A stretch of DNA of 64,000 nt from Squalus acanthias (taxonomy: Eukaryota). Positions 51,808 through 62,895 of the stretch are shown in pieces. Each line of letters opens with the position of its first letter. Position 1 is the first letter of the stretch. Both the position numbers and the translations under genes were made by a program. The notes beneath the pieces are model-generated. The model did not search any database. It was not told where the DNA came from and worked only from the letters and a program-made list of their open reading frames with translations. The DNA lies in the NCBI GenBank assembly GCA_030390025.1, contig CM059432.1, positions 46,936,001 to 47,000,000 on the forward strand, given 5' to 3'.

Positions 51808-54800
51808 TAAACTAGTATGGCAGGGGGCTAGAAACCTATGTAGTGAAATAGAGGAAAGTGAAAGGCAGACAGAAATAAATGGTAAAAGGGTGAGGAACAA
51901 AAAACAAAGGGCCAAACCAATTCATAAAAAATGTGAGCATAAAAAATGCCTGAGGGTTTTATACCTTAATGCGAGAAGCATCAGGAACAAGGTAGATGAA
52001 TTAGCTGTGGAAATAGAGGTTAATAATTATGATCTAATTGGGATTACGGAAACATGGTTGCAGGGTGAGCAGGGCTGGGAGCTTAACATACAGGGGTATT
52101 CAGTATTTAGGAAGGATCGACAAAAAAGAAAGGGAGGAGGGGTAGCATTGCTGGTAAAAGAAGGGATAAATGCAATTGAAAGGAAGGATATTAACTCAGT
52201 TAATACAGAATCTATATGGGTGGAGCTAAGAAATAGCGAGGGGCGAAAAACATTAATAGGAGTGGTATATAGGCCTCCAAATAGTAAAATAGAGGTTGGG
52301 GAGGGCATCACGAGGGAAATTAGAGAAGCGTGCAATAAGAGCACAGCTGTCATCATAGGTGACTTTAACTTACATATAGATTGGGCTAGCCTAATCAGTA
52401 AAAATAATGAGGAGGAGGAATTCCTTGAGTGTTTAAGGGATGGTTATCTGGATCAATATGTCGAGGAACCAACTCGGGAACAGGCTATATTGGACTGGGT
52501 ACTGTGCAATGAGAAGGGACTAATTAGTAATCTTGTTGTGCGGGGACCCTTGGGGCAGAGCGATCATAACATGATCGATTTCTCACTCGAAATGGAGAGC
52601 GAAGAAATTGACTCAGATACTAAGGTCCTGAATTTAAACAAGGGGAATTATGATGCCATTAGACGGGAACTGAGTAGGTATGATTGGACAACGTTCCTGG
52701 GAGGACTGGAGGTAGATAAACAATGGCAAGCATTTAAAGATAGAATGACAAAATTGCAAAAATTGTTTATATCAATCTGTCATAAAAGGAAATCTAAAAA
52801 GGTGACTCAACCGTGGATAACAGGGGAAATTAGAGACAGCATAAAATCCAAAGATAGGGCGTATAAAATAGCCAAAAAAAGCGCCAGAGCGGAAGCTTGG
52901 GAACAGTTTAAGATAGAGCAAAGGAGGACAAAGGGCTTAATCAAGAGGGGCAAAATAGCTTACGAAAGCAAGCTGGCGGAAAATATAAAAACTAACTCCA
53001 AAAGCTTTTATAAGTATATCAAGAGGAAAAGACTGGTGAAAACCAAAGTTGGCCCATTGCAGTCAGATACGGGGGAATATATAACGGGAAATAAAGAAAT
53101 GGCAGACCAACTAAATGCATACTTTGGGTCAGTCTTTACGAAGGAAGACACAAAAAACCTCCCTGGGATATCGGGAAAAATAGGGACATTTGCAAAGGAG
53201 GAACTGACGCAAGTCAATATCTCTAAGGATATGGTGTTAAGGAAGCTAAAGGGATTGAAGGCGGACAAATCCCCAGGGCCTGATAACATGCATCCTAGGG
53301 TACTGAAGGAGGTGGCCCTAGAGATAGCGGATGCACTAAGTATGATTTTTCAGAATTCATTAGACTCGGGAACAGTGCCCATGGATTGGAGGGTAGCTAA
53401 CGTTACCCCACTATTCAAAAAGGGGGGTAGGGAAAAAGCAGGTAATTACAGACCTGTAAGCCTTACATCAGTTGTGGGCAAAATGCTGGAGTCCATCATT
53501 AAGGATGAAATAGCGGAGCACTTAGCAAATGGGGACAGGATAGGACAGAGTCAACATGGATTTACAAAGGGTAAATCGTGCTTGACTAATCTATTGGAAT
53601 TTTTTGAGGGAGTAACTGGTAAAATAGATGGGGGAGAGCCAGTAGATGTGGTGTACCTGGACTTCCAAAAGGCCTTCGATAAGGTCCCACATAAAAGATT
53701 AGCAGGGAAAATTGAAGCTCATGGGATAAAGGGGAAAGTATTGACGTGGATAGAGAACTGGCTGTCAGATAGAAAACAGAGAGTTGGAATAAACGGCTCA
53801 TTTTCTGAATGGCAGGCAGTAACAAGTGGGGTACCACAGGGATCTGTCCTGGGTCCCCAGCTGTTCACAATTTACATTAATGACCTGGATCAGGGAGTCG
53901 GATGCAGCATTTCCAAATTTGCAGACGACACTAAACTAGGAGGGGGGGTGGGCTCAGAGGAGGAGACCAGGAAGCTCCAGAGCGATTTGGACAGACTGGG
54001 TGATTGGGCGGATAAATGGCAGATGCACTATAATGTGGACAAGTGCGAAGTTATCCACCTTGGGTGCAGGAACGGGAGGGCAAATTATTATTTAAATGGC
54101 AATAAATTGGGAGAGGGGGAAGTACAGAGAGACCTGGGTGTTCTTGTACACCAGTCACTGAAGGCGAGCATGCAGGTGCAACAGGCGGTCAAGAAGGCAA
54201 ACGGTATGCTGGCCTTCATAGCAAAAGGGTTGGAATACAGGAACAGGGATACCTTGCTGCAGCTGTACAGGGCACTGGTGAGACCACACCTCGAGTACTG
54301 TGTACAGTTTTGGTCGCCTCATCTGAGGAAAGATGTTCTTGCCATGGAGGGGGTGCAGCGGCGATTCACCAGGCTGATACCAGGAATGGCGGGATTGACC
54401 TATGAGGAGAGACTATGTAGTTTAGGGATGTACACACTGGAGTTTAGAAGATTGAAAGGGGACCTCATAGAAGTGTATAAAATTCTGACAGGTCTAGACA
54501 GACTAGATGCAGAAGGAATGTTTCCCTTGGCGGGTGAGAACAGAACTAGAGGACATAATTTAAGGATAAGGGCTAAACCATTTAGGACAGAAATGAGGGG
54601 GAATTTCTTCACTCAGAGGGTGGTGAACCTGTGGAACTCATTGCCACAGAGGGCTGTGTACGCCAGCTCATTAAATATATTTAAGAGGGAATTAGATATA
54701 TTTCTACAGGCAAAAGGGGTTAAGGGTTACGGAGAGAAGGCGGGGACGGGATACTGAATTGGAGGATCAGCCATGATCTCATTAAATGGCGGAGCAGGCT

Positions 54801-54865
54801 CGAAGGGCCGGATGGCCTACTCCTGCTCCTATCTTCTATGTATCTATGTATCTATGTATCTATGT
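51808..54865 (+). mobile_element. Young CR1 insertion, 5'-truncated at the ORF1 stop
   Basis: Splits host CAGAGTC|AACATGG with no TSD; (TATCTATG)n tail. Confidence 0.95.
51809..54757 (+). CDS. Intact CR1 ORF2: APE endonuclease plus reverse transcriptase
   Basis: Open from the insertion edge (982 codons plus stop); YLNARSI, ITETW, GDFN, SDH, YRPVSL, QGSVLGP, FADD; 51890 is GTG and the first ATG is at 52571. Confidence 0.96.
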   Translation, partial: KLVWQGARNLCSEIEESERQTEINGKRVRNKKQRAKPIHKKCEHKKCLRVLYLNARSIRNKVDELAVEIEVNNYDLIGITETWLQGEQGWELNIQGYSVFRKDRQKRKGGGVALLVKEGINAIERKDINSVNTESIWVELRNSEGRKTLIGVVYRPPNSKIEVGEGITREIREACNKSTAVIIGDFNLHIDWASLISKNNEEEEFLECLRDGYLDQYVEEPTREQAILDWVLCNEKGLISNLVVRGPLGQSDHNMIDFSLEMESEEIDSDTKVLNLNKGNYDAIRRELSRYDWTTFLGGLEVDKQWQAFKDRMTKLQKLFISICHKRKSKKVTQPWITGEIRDSIKSKDRAYKIAKKSARAEAWEQFKIEQRRTKGLIKRGKIAYESKLAENIKTNSKSFYKYIKRKRLVKTKVGPLQSDTGEYITGNKEMADQLNAYFGSVFTKEDTKNLPGISGKIGTFAKEELTQVNISKDMVLRKLKGLKADKSPGPDNMHPRVLKEVALEIADALSMIFQNSLDSGTVPMDWRVANVTPLFKKGGREKAGNYRPVSLTSVVGKMLESIIKDEIAEHLANGDRIGQSQHGFTKGKSCLTNLLEFFEGVTGKIDGGEPVDVVYLDFQKAFDKVPHKRLAGKIEAHGIKGKVLTWIENWLSDRKQRVGINGSFSEWQAVTSGVPQGSVLGPQLFTIYINDLDQGVGCSISKFADDTKLGGGVGSEEETRKLQSDLDRLGDWADKWQMHYNVDKCEVIHLGCRNGRANYYLNGNKLGEGEVQRDLGVLVHQSLKASMQVQQAVKKANGMLAFIAKGLEYRNRDTLLQLYRALVRPHLEYCVQFWSPHLRKDVLAMEGVQRRFTRLIPGMAGLTYEERLCSLGMYTLEFRRLKGDLIEVYKILTGLDRLDAEGMFPLAGENRTRGHNLRIRAKPFRTEMRGNFFTQRVVNLWNSLPQRAVYASSLNIFKRELDIFLQAKGVKGYGEKAGTGY

Positions 54866-55307
54866 AACATGGTTTTATGAAAGGGAAATCATGTTTGACA
54901 AATTTATTAAAGTTTTTTGAGGATGTAACTAGCAGGGTAGATAAAGGGGAACCAGTGGATGTAGTATATTTGGATTTCCAAAAGGCATTCGATAAGGTGC
55001 CACATAAAAGGTTATTACACAAGATTAGGGCTCACGGGGTTGGCAGCATATAGTAGCAGTAGTATATAGTAGCATGGATAGAGGATGGATAGCATGGATA
55101 GAGGATTGGTTAACGGACAGAAAGCAGAGAGTAGGGATAAACGGATCTTTTTCAGGTTGGCAGGCTGTAACTAGTGGGGTGCCGCAAGGATCAGTGTTAG
55201 GGCCTCAGCTATTTACAATCGATATTAATGACCTAGATGTGTAATGTATCCAAGTTTGCTGATGATACAAAGCTAGGTGGGACAGTAAGCTGTGAGGAGA
55301 ACACAAA

Positions 55308-56182
55308 GGCCGCGATTTTATCGGCACTGAGAGGGTGGGTTTGGAGGCGGGTCAAAGGTTAAAATCGTTTTGATTGACGGCGGGGTCTGATCCTGCCATC
55401 AACCCGCCTCCAAACAATTTTCCCAAGTGTCGGGTCCTCGATTTGTGCATGGACCCGACACCTAGCGGCGGGAAGAGGATTATAGCCATTTACCTGCCTG
55501 TTAACAGGTAGCTGAGAGTAGTTAACAGGCTCTTTTGTAATTTTGCTGCTTCTGCCTCGGGCTTCCCGATGCCTGGACACCACGCCAGGTAAGTGTGGCG
55601 TGTTGTGAGTCTGGTGTAATGTTACTGCATTGATGACAGCTGCAGAAGTGGTGTGAAGGATCCAATGGTGCACTGGTGAGTCTCAGAGGTAAGAAAATGT
55701 TGGGAAAATCATTTTTTATTCATTTACATATTTCTTTAGGTAACAAGTTTTGAAAACAATGTCTAGTGCCACCTCATTGGGAGAACCTCTCTCACCAATG
55801 ACAGATCGCTCCTGTCACCTCACCTGCAGCTTTCACCTGTTCCAGCCTATGGAGGGAGTCATTGGAGAGCCTGGGTGCAAGAGCGCACCTTTGTACAGTG
55901 ATTGTCAGTGTTTGCAGCACCTCAATGCTGTCAAACACTGAGAAATGAGCTGTCAAAAAAAATTGTGCGTGGTCCCTTTAAGAAAACCGGCAGATGATGT
56001 GTCATCAAATGACGTCATCTGACCGGCTTCCTCTTAATTGGCTGGCAAGCCCGCAGGGCGGGCTTAACAAGGTCAATCAACGTAAAATCATATCCATGGG
56101 CCGGATGCAGTTGGGGGCAGGACTGGAAGCCGGAAACCACCTGACCCGCTCCCAACCCGCATCCAATGACAAAATCGCGGCC
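55308..56182. mobile_element. Harbinger MITE
   Basis: Perfect 12-bp TIR GGCCGCGATTTT; AAA TSD. Confidence 0.93.
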
Positions 56183-56531
56183 AAAGAGTCTTCAAAGGCA
56201 TATTGATAGACTAAGTGAGTGGGCAGTAAGGTGGCAGATGGAGTATAATGTAGGGAAATGTGAGGTTATTCACTTTGGTAGGAAGAATATAAAAACAGAA
56301 TATTTTTTAAATGGTGAGAAACTTTCAAATGTTGGTGCTCAGAGAGATTTGGGTGTCCTCATGCAAGAAACACAGAAAGCAATAAGGAAGGCAAATGGCA
56401 TGTTGGCTTTTATTGCAAGGGGGTTGGAGTATAAGAGTAAGGAAATCTTGCTCCAGTTGTACAGGGCCTTGGTGAGACCACACCTGGAGTACTGTGCACA
56501 GTTTCGGTCTCCTTATCTAAGGAAGGATATA

Positions 56532-56926
56532 CAGGAAACTCTCGTTTAAATGGCACCTAAATATCCGGAATTCTCTATTAACCGGCAAAATTCATACCCC
56601 GAAAACAACACCTCAATAACAGGAAATGTTGCCGAGTCCGAGTCCAAGTCTCCTGCGGTGGCCGAGTTAGTCAGTGGGGGTAGTTCTCCAAACTGCCACT
56701 ACTCGGCTTCTTGGCGCTGTTGGAAGTCCGAACACCTCAATAACAGGAGTCTGACTCTCCCACGCTGCCGGGAGTACCCAGTTACTGTATATTGCACATT
56801 TCTTGATTTTTTTTATTTTTGTTTGTTAAAAATAGCCTTGGTAGATAACCCTCTCCGTCATCCAGAATTTTTAATCAACTGGCACCATCCCGGTCTCGTC
56901 GGTGCCGGATACCAAAGAGTTTCTTG
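56532..56926. mobile_element. Tc1/mariner (pogo/Tigger-like) MITE
   Basis: TIRs CAGGAAACTCT / AGAGTTTCTTG; TA TSD; removal restores CR1. Confidence 0.82.
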
Positions 56927-57489
56927 TACTCGCCTTGGAGGCGGTGCAATGAAGGTTCACTAGATTGATTCCTGGGATGAGAGGGCTGTCCTATGATGAG
57001 AGATTGTGTAGAATGGGCCTATACTCTCTGGAGTTTAGAAGAATGAGAGGTGATCTCATTGAAACATACAAGATTCTGAAGGGGATTGACAGGGTAGATG
57101 CTGAGATTGGCTGGAGTGTCTAGAACTAGGGGGCATAGTCTCAGGATAAGGGCTAGGCCATCTAAGACTGAGATGAAGAGGAATTTCTTCACTCGGAGAG
57201 TTGTGAATCTTTGGAATTCTCTGCCCCAGAGGGCTGTGAATGCTGAGTCTTTGAGTATATTCAAGGCTGAGATAGATAGATTTTTGGACTCAAGGGGAAT
57301 CAAGGGATATGGAGATCGGGCGGGAAAGTGGAGTTGAGGTCGATGATCAGCCATGATCTTATTGAATGGGGAGCAGGCTCGAGGGGCCGTATGGCCTACT
57401 CCTGCTCTTATTTCTTATGTTCTTATGTTCAAAACTGTGCTGTCACCTGGATAGATTAATTATTATTTGCTTGGCAGAGTGTTGTAATG

Positions 57490-58025
57490 GGACACTAATG
57501 CACATCCTGGCATAAAAAGCTGTGAAAGTCACAGCTGCTGGATCTGTCCTTCCAATGGGACAGCACACATCGAGGGATGGTGATGGAGGAGTCTGGTATG
57601 TTGGCTAATATGATTCTGTGAATATGATTATGATAGGCTATGGCTTGACTAGTCTGTGGAACAGCTGTCCCAACTTGGACACCAGCTCTCAGATGTTAGT
57701 GTGGAAATCTTTGCAGGGCCTTCTGAGCTGAGATTGTCTTAGTCTTGCCCTAATACAATGTCTGGGTCTTTCCTGATAGATGTATCTGATTTTATTTCTT
57801 ATTAATGAACTTTCTGCTGATTATTTACAACTGAGCGTATACTAGTGGGGTGGCAGGCTTGCTTCCTTAAGGACATTAGTTTTTTTTTGACAATTTTATA
57901 TTATTTTTTCCTGATGCAAGCCCACAAATTACCAAATTTATTGCATTCAATTGCAAAACTTGCCATGGTGAGATTTGAACTTCTGACCTCTGGGCTGCTA
58001 GTCCAGTACAATAACCAGTAAACTT
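57490..58025 (-). mobile_element. Old family-B LINE 5' end: tRNA-like head plus endonuclease start
   Basis: Minus: ...TGGTTATTGTACTGGACTAG...AGTTCAAATCTCACC..., then TNI*ELVSKLGQLFHRLVK...FTESY...PDSSITIP. Confidence 0.72.
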
Positions 58026-58479
58026 CCCTGGGAATTTCACCCTTTGCACCCTTTTTCAGCAGAACACATGCCAACTGAAAGCTGGTGTGAGTTCTGCTGA
58101 GGCCCAAGAAAGGCCCAAGAACTGTTGTTAGAACAAGCAATCGACCCTGGAAGGGATCAGTTACATAAGAAATAAGAGCAGGAGTAGGCCATACGGCTCC
58201 TTGAACCTGAAAACGGTTCCCCGTTGGCTTCCCAAGAAGCTGAAGACTCCTGTGTCCATTTTATCACTGGGCCTTCCTGGGCCCGCTCTGCTTCATCAAA
58301 GTGGCATGATGTCGCTCTGATATTCCACACAGTTTATCAGGGCAGGCACTGCTGAAGCTCCTGCCCCGCACATGTTGATCTGTAATTTGGGATGGGGTCT
58401 GGGCCTCTCTCTTCAGGTGAACTTAGTCAGTTCCACCACTCTTCAACCAGCAGAACACCCCAAGCGAAATTCTGGGGCC

Positions 58480-58920
58480 AAAGCTCGATCCATAAACAAT
58501 CTCCAACTTGTCCAAGTACAGCCACTCGTGTCCTGTCCATCACTAAGTCTTGCTCACCCATTACCCACGTCCTTGCTATCTGTTTCCCAACATATTAAAT
58601 TCAAAATTCTTGCGGGTGTCTTCAAATCTTGAAGTCTTGTCCCACCCCATCTCTGAAAACTCCTCCAGCCGTATATCCCCTCCCACACCCTTCGGTCTTC
58701 TGACCCTGGCCTTTTGTGAATTCACCATCATCCACCATTCATGGCAGAGTCTTCAGCTGTCCTCTCTCTGGAACTCCCTCCCAAACACATTCATCTCTCT
58801 CTCTCCTCCTTTAAAAACCTCTCAAAACCCATCATTTTTGGCCACGCTTTTAATCCCCTTCTAAGGCTCAGCATCTGTTCCTTTTACCCTTTATCCATTT
58901 CTGAAGTACATTGGATGTTT
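58480..58920 (+). mobile_element. Old L2-like 3' remnant
   Basis: Similar to 14820-15240 (CACCCATTACCC, ATTAAATTCAAAATT, CTCTGGAACTCCCTCCC). Confidence 0.5.
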
Positions 58921-59155
58921 TTGGCATTAAAATTGCTATTGAGTTGATTCTCAGATCGGGCATTCTGTATGAGGAGTAGCATTTGCAGGGAGCATTAGTC
59001 AGAAAACTGCAAGCCTGAAATCACTCATTTTCCAGACTACAGACCACAAACACAGGCCTATGATGTCCCAATTAGAGCTTCCTGCAGTGCTCATTCCTAG
59101 AAGCACCAAATTGGGGAATTAACCCTCATAAAAATGCAAGTTGTTGCTGTAATAT

Positions 59156-59314
59156 GGGATGAAATTTTCTGAGTCCCTGCGCCACTGGTGGGGCCTCACA
59201 TGTATACTGCCCATAATTGTCTGCCCAGCGATTTCAATGAACAGAAGATCATGTGCAGTGCATTTTATGATAAGCCACCTGCTGTTTGCACAAGGTCTCA
59301 GAAAATTTCACCCA
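59156..59314. mobile_element. 159-bp Harbinger-type MITE
   Basis: About 29-bp imperfect TIR (core TGAAATTTTCTGAG); TAT TSD. Confidence 0.75.
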
Positions 59315-59350
59315 TATAGGTTGGAATATGTATATTGATACTGAGTTCAG

Positions 59351-59378
59351 TGATGAAGAGCCTTTGATTCCCGATAAG
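59351..59378 (+). CDS. Candidate 28-nt host micro-exon (DEEPLIPDK)
   Basis: Strong AAG|GTAAGC donor, weak acceptor; phase 2-0 bridges exons 47713 and 62827. Confidence 0.5.
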
Positions 59379-59519
59379 GTAAGCTTTTATTGTCCGTGAA
59401 ACAGAAGTGTTTGTTAGATTTAAGTTGACTGGCTCAGCTAAATTCAGCGTGGTGCCTGCTGAAGTAGACTTGTGTGTATTTTAGTAAAGGGTTAACGGTC
59501 CCAACACCGAATCCCTGCT

Positions 59520-59835
59520 TACTATTTTTAATAATGTCTAGATGTAGGTGCTGGGGATACGATCTGTAAAGTTGCAGATGACGCTAATATTTGTGCAAGC
59601 GTTAGGACTGTAGACGATGCTTGACGGCTTCAGGCAGATCTCGATTAGTTGGGGAATTGGGCTCGTGACTGGCAAATGATTTTTAACTTAGAAAGGTGCA
59701 GTATTATGCAAGTGGACAGGGTGAATGCTGAACATGCATACAGCCTTCAAGAAAAAGCATTAAAGCATGTGGAGATAGAAGGCGATCTGGGCGTTCTAGT
59801 ACATAGATCTCTAAAAGTTCATGAGCAATTGCAAA
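59520..59835 (+). mobile_element. Old CR1 RT fragment
   Basis: ADD, LGNWARDWQMIFN..C, DLGVLV. Confidence 0.7.
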
Positions 59836-59876
59836 CTTGGAAATTATGCCCGCTATACTAAAGTCTGGAATATATT

Positions 59877-60641
59877 GGGCCAGATTTTCCAACCCCCATG
59901 GGTGCGTACGAGGTGTGTACGCACCCATTGGGGCCTCGCAAGTGCCAGTTTCAGGCATGCGAAGCGCATGCGCTAAAACCCGGCACTTGCGATCTGTCAA
60001 GAATCCTCTTGACAGATCATCCGCCTGCCCGGGAGAAGGGCCTCCGCGGGCAGAGAGTTCTGCTTTCTGCACAACATCCGCCCACTGAAAACCTTTAAAA
60101 TCTTACTCCTGGTAAAAGCAGGCGTAAGGCCTGCTTTTACCAGCATAAGAGTTTATAAAAATTAAAAAATCAAAAATTTTCACTCATTTATAATTTAAAA
60201 ATACTTTTAAAAAGGTAAGTTTATTTTTAGCCCTGTAAAATACTTTAATTGTTTTTTTCAAAAAATTAAATTTTTGTTTAAAATATTTAATTTAATGTCA
60301 TTTTAACTAATTTTAAATACGTGATTTAAAAAAAAATTATTTAATGTTTAACTGTTTTTTAAGTGAACGCCATTCATACTTTTGACAGATTTGTGCATAG
60401 AGACCTGTCAAAAGTGTGAAGGGGAATTCCCTTCTTTGATTGGTTCCCCATGGCCCACGTGATCCCAGGGGTGCTTGCCAACCGCATATGCCCCTGGGAT
60501 ACCTGGGCCTCTGCGCATTTCGTAGAGCAGAGGCCCAGGTTCGCAAGTCTCGGGACCTATGGAGCCAGCAGGTAAGTGCGTAGATTTTTTCCGATCGGAG
60601 GCATCCGCACGCAGGAAGCCTCCGATCGGAAATTCAGGGCC
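59877..60641. mobile_element. Harbinger-type MITE
   Basis: Imperfect TIRs GGGCCAGATTTTCC / GGAAATTCAGGGCC; TSD approximately TAT. Confidence 0.75.
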
Positions 60642-61479
60642 TATATGTCAAAAAGAGCAGTGGTCCTAAAACCGACTCCTGGGGAACACCACTGTATACT
60701 TCCCTCCAGTCTGAAAAACAACCATTCACCACTATTCTCTGCTTTCTGTCCCTTAGTCAATTTTGTATCCATACTGCCACTATCCTTTTAATCCCATGGA
60801 CTTCAATTTTGCTAACAAGTCTATTATGTGGTACTTTGTCAAATGCCTTTTGAAAGTCCATAAACATAATCGCACTACCCTCATCAACACGCAGCACTCT
60901 TGAGCTCCCGTGCAGCCGGTGAGCCAGCTTTTAAATTGAAAAAAACACGCATGCACGGAATTTTGAAAGGGGTCGCGCAACCCAAAAAAAATTACAGGGA
61001 ACATTGCTCATCGACCCTCTCCGTTACTTCATCAATGAACTCAATCATGTTAGTCAAACGCGATTTGCCTTTAACAAATCTGCGGTGACTTTCATTTATT
61101 AGCTCATACTTTTCCAAATGTCAATTAACTTTGTTCCAGATTATTGTCTCTAAAAGGTTTCCCCACCACCGATGTTAAGCTGACTGGACTGTATTTGCCA
61201 AGTTTATCCCTCTCCCCTTTTTTAAACAGATGTGTAACATTTGCAATCCTCAAGTCCTCTGGCACCAGCCCCCATATCTAAGAAGGATTGGAAGATTGTG
61301 GCTAGAGCCTCCACAATTTCAATCCTTACTTCCCTCAGTAACCTAGGATGCATGCCAACCTTTTAAGCACCTTCTCTTAATCAATTTTTTTCCTATCCAA
61401 TATTGCTTCTACCTCTTCCTTTACTGTTACGTTGGCAGCATCCTCTTCTCTCGTGAAGACAGATTCAAAGTACTCATTT
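60642..61479 (-). mobile_element. CR1 RT fragment
   Basis: Collinear with about 2580-3300 and 34225-34980. Confidence 0.85.
60888..61006. mobile_element. hAT-type miniature element remnant
   Basis: Right end AGGGAACATTG; 8-bp TSD CTCATCAA/CTCATCGA. Confidence 0.6.
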
Positions 61480-61870
61480 TTCTAGAGAATATTTGACTGC
61501 TGGAACAGGCTGCCAGCTCGTGCGGTGGATGTCGATTCGCTGAATTCCCTCATGCAAGAGCTGGACCTGTTTTTACTCGAGCAAAATTCACCTCTTACAA
61601 AAGATAGGCACTGCATAGAATTATTAGGGCCAGAGTTATCTCCTGGTCTAGTTTTGATCGCCTAGAGGGGTCAGAGAGAAATTCCCCAGATCATTTTCCC
61701 CAAATTGGCCTGGGTTTTTATCTGATTTTTCGCCTCTCCAAGGAGAGCACCTGGTATTGGGTGGGGTGGAGAGTGTATATATTGTGATGCACAAGGTAGT
61801 GCAGTTGTGTGGGATGGGCTGGATGGACCAGTGGGTCTTTTCCTGTCCATCGTTGTTCGTATGTGCGTAT
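61480..61870 (+). mobile_element. Old CR1 3' end, probably continuing 59520-59835
   Basis: WNRLP-coding segment, then GGATGGACCA...GGTCTTTTCC and TTCGTATG tail. Confidence 0.6.
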
Positions 61871-62023
61871 TTTTCCTTTTGATTCCAGAATATGATTTGC
61901 CTCACTACACTGACTGATAACTCCTCATAACCCCTGTTACAATACCTCTTACAGATAGTCATAATGCAAATTTTCAGTCAGCAGTGTTAAACTCCTGCCA
62001 AAAAGAATTAAATTTGGCCCATT

Positions 62024-62757
62024 GGCCCCGATATTGAAAGGGGCGTGTTGCGTAAGTGGGGGGAAGGAATTTTGGTCGGAAACCCAGAAGTCCCCGCATT
62101 CTGTGGAGGTTTAACTCCACAGTGTGTGTCTTATTTCTTTCAACAGGTTCCCCGCCCAGAAGCCAGCCTGATTGGCAGGATTGGCTCCCTGTTGGGCGGG
62201 GAACACTCTGGTAGAGGCCACAGCTGCAGAAGCAGGTACGGAACCTGCTGCTACGTTAGTGGGAGCTTGGTGGGGAGGGTCCTAATCTTGGGGGGGCGGT
62301 CGGACCCCGGGAGGTGGGGGGGGAGTCGGATCCCCAATCCCGGGGGTGGTCTTTGGATGGAGGGTTGGGTTGGGGGGGGCCCATAGCAGGGAAGAGGTAT
62401 TTTGGTGGGCTGGGAGGAAGTACTCCTGCTCCGCCTGGCCCACAAACAGAGCTGTATAGGCACTTACCTCTTCCCCCGAAGCTGTCCTCACCTCCCTTGA
62501 GCTGCCGGGTTTCCCCAGGCCTGGGAAACCCGGCCAGCCAAGGTTAAACCTGTAAGGCAGGTTAAATTTGAGGCTCCCAGTCTCATTATAATATTTAAAT
62601 GGCCAACCCGCCTCCTGGTAGCGGGTTGGTTGTCCGCCCCCTGTCCCACCTCCATTAAACCCAGAAGTGGATGGATTGGGGTCGGGGTTGAGATTTAAAC
62701 ATTTTTATATCTCCCCTACCCCAACCCACCCATTTTTGGGGGTTAAAATTACCCCCC
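62024..62757. mobile_element. Harbinger-type MITE with asymmetric ends
   Basis: Ends GGCCCCGATATT / AAAATTACCCCCC; ATT TSD. Confidence 0.75.
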
Positions 62758-62826
62758 ATTATTTCCCACTTTTCATTTGATCTTCCACTTTAAATCTGAC
62801 TTATTATTGGTATTTGTTTCTTGAAG

Positions 62827-62895
62827 TATGACTACTTGTCTGTCAAGGACCCGAGGACTTTCTGCTTGAGCAGGAACGACATTTGGCTTGCTTAA
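62827..62895 (+). CDS. Candidate last coding exon of the host gene (YDYLSVKDPRTFCLSRNDIWLA*)
   Basis: TTTGTTTCTTGAAG acceptor; stop at 62893-62895; GTAAGA donor at 62897. Confidence 0.55.
   Translation, partial: YDYLSVKDPRTFCLSRNDIWLA

Larger units (their letters stand above)
51540..57430 (+). mobile_element. Older CR1 (RT plus tail) split by three insertions
   Basis: Collinear pieces 51540-51807, 54866-55307, 56183-56531, 56927-57430. Confidence 0.9.
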
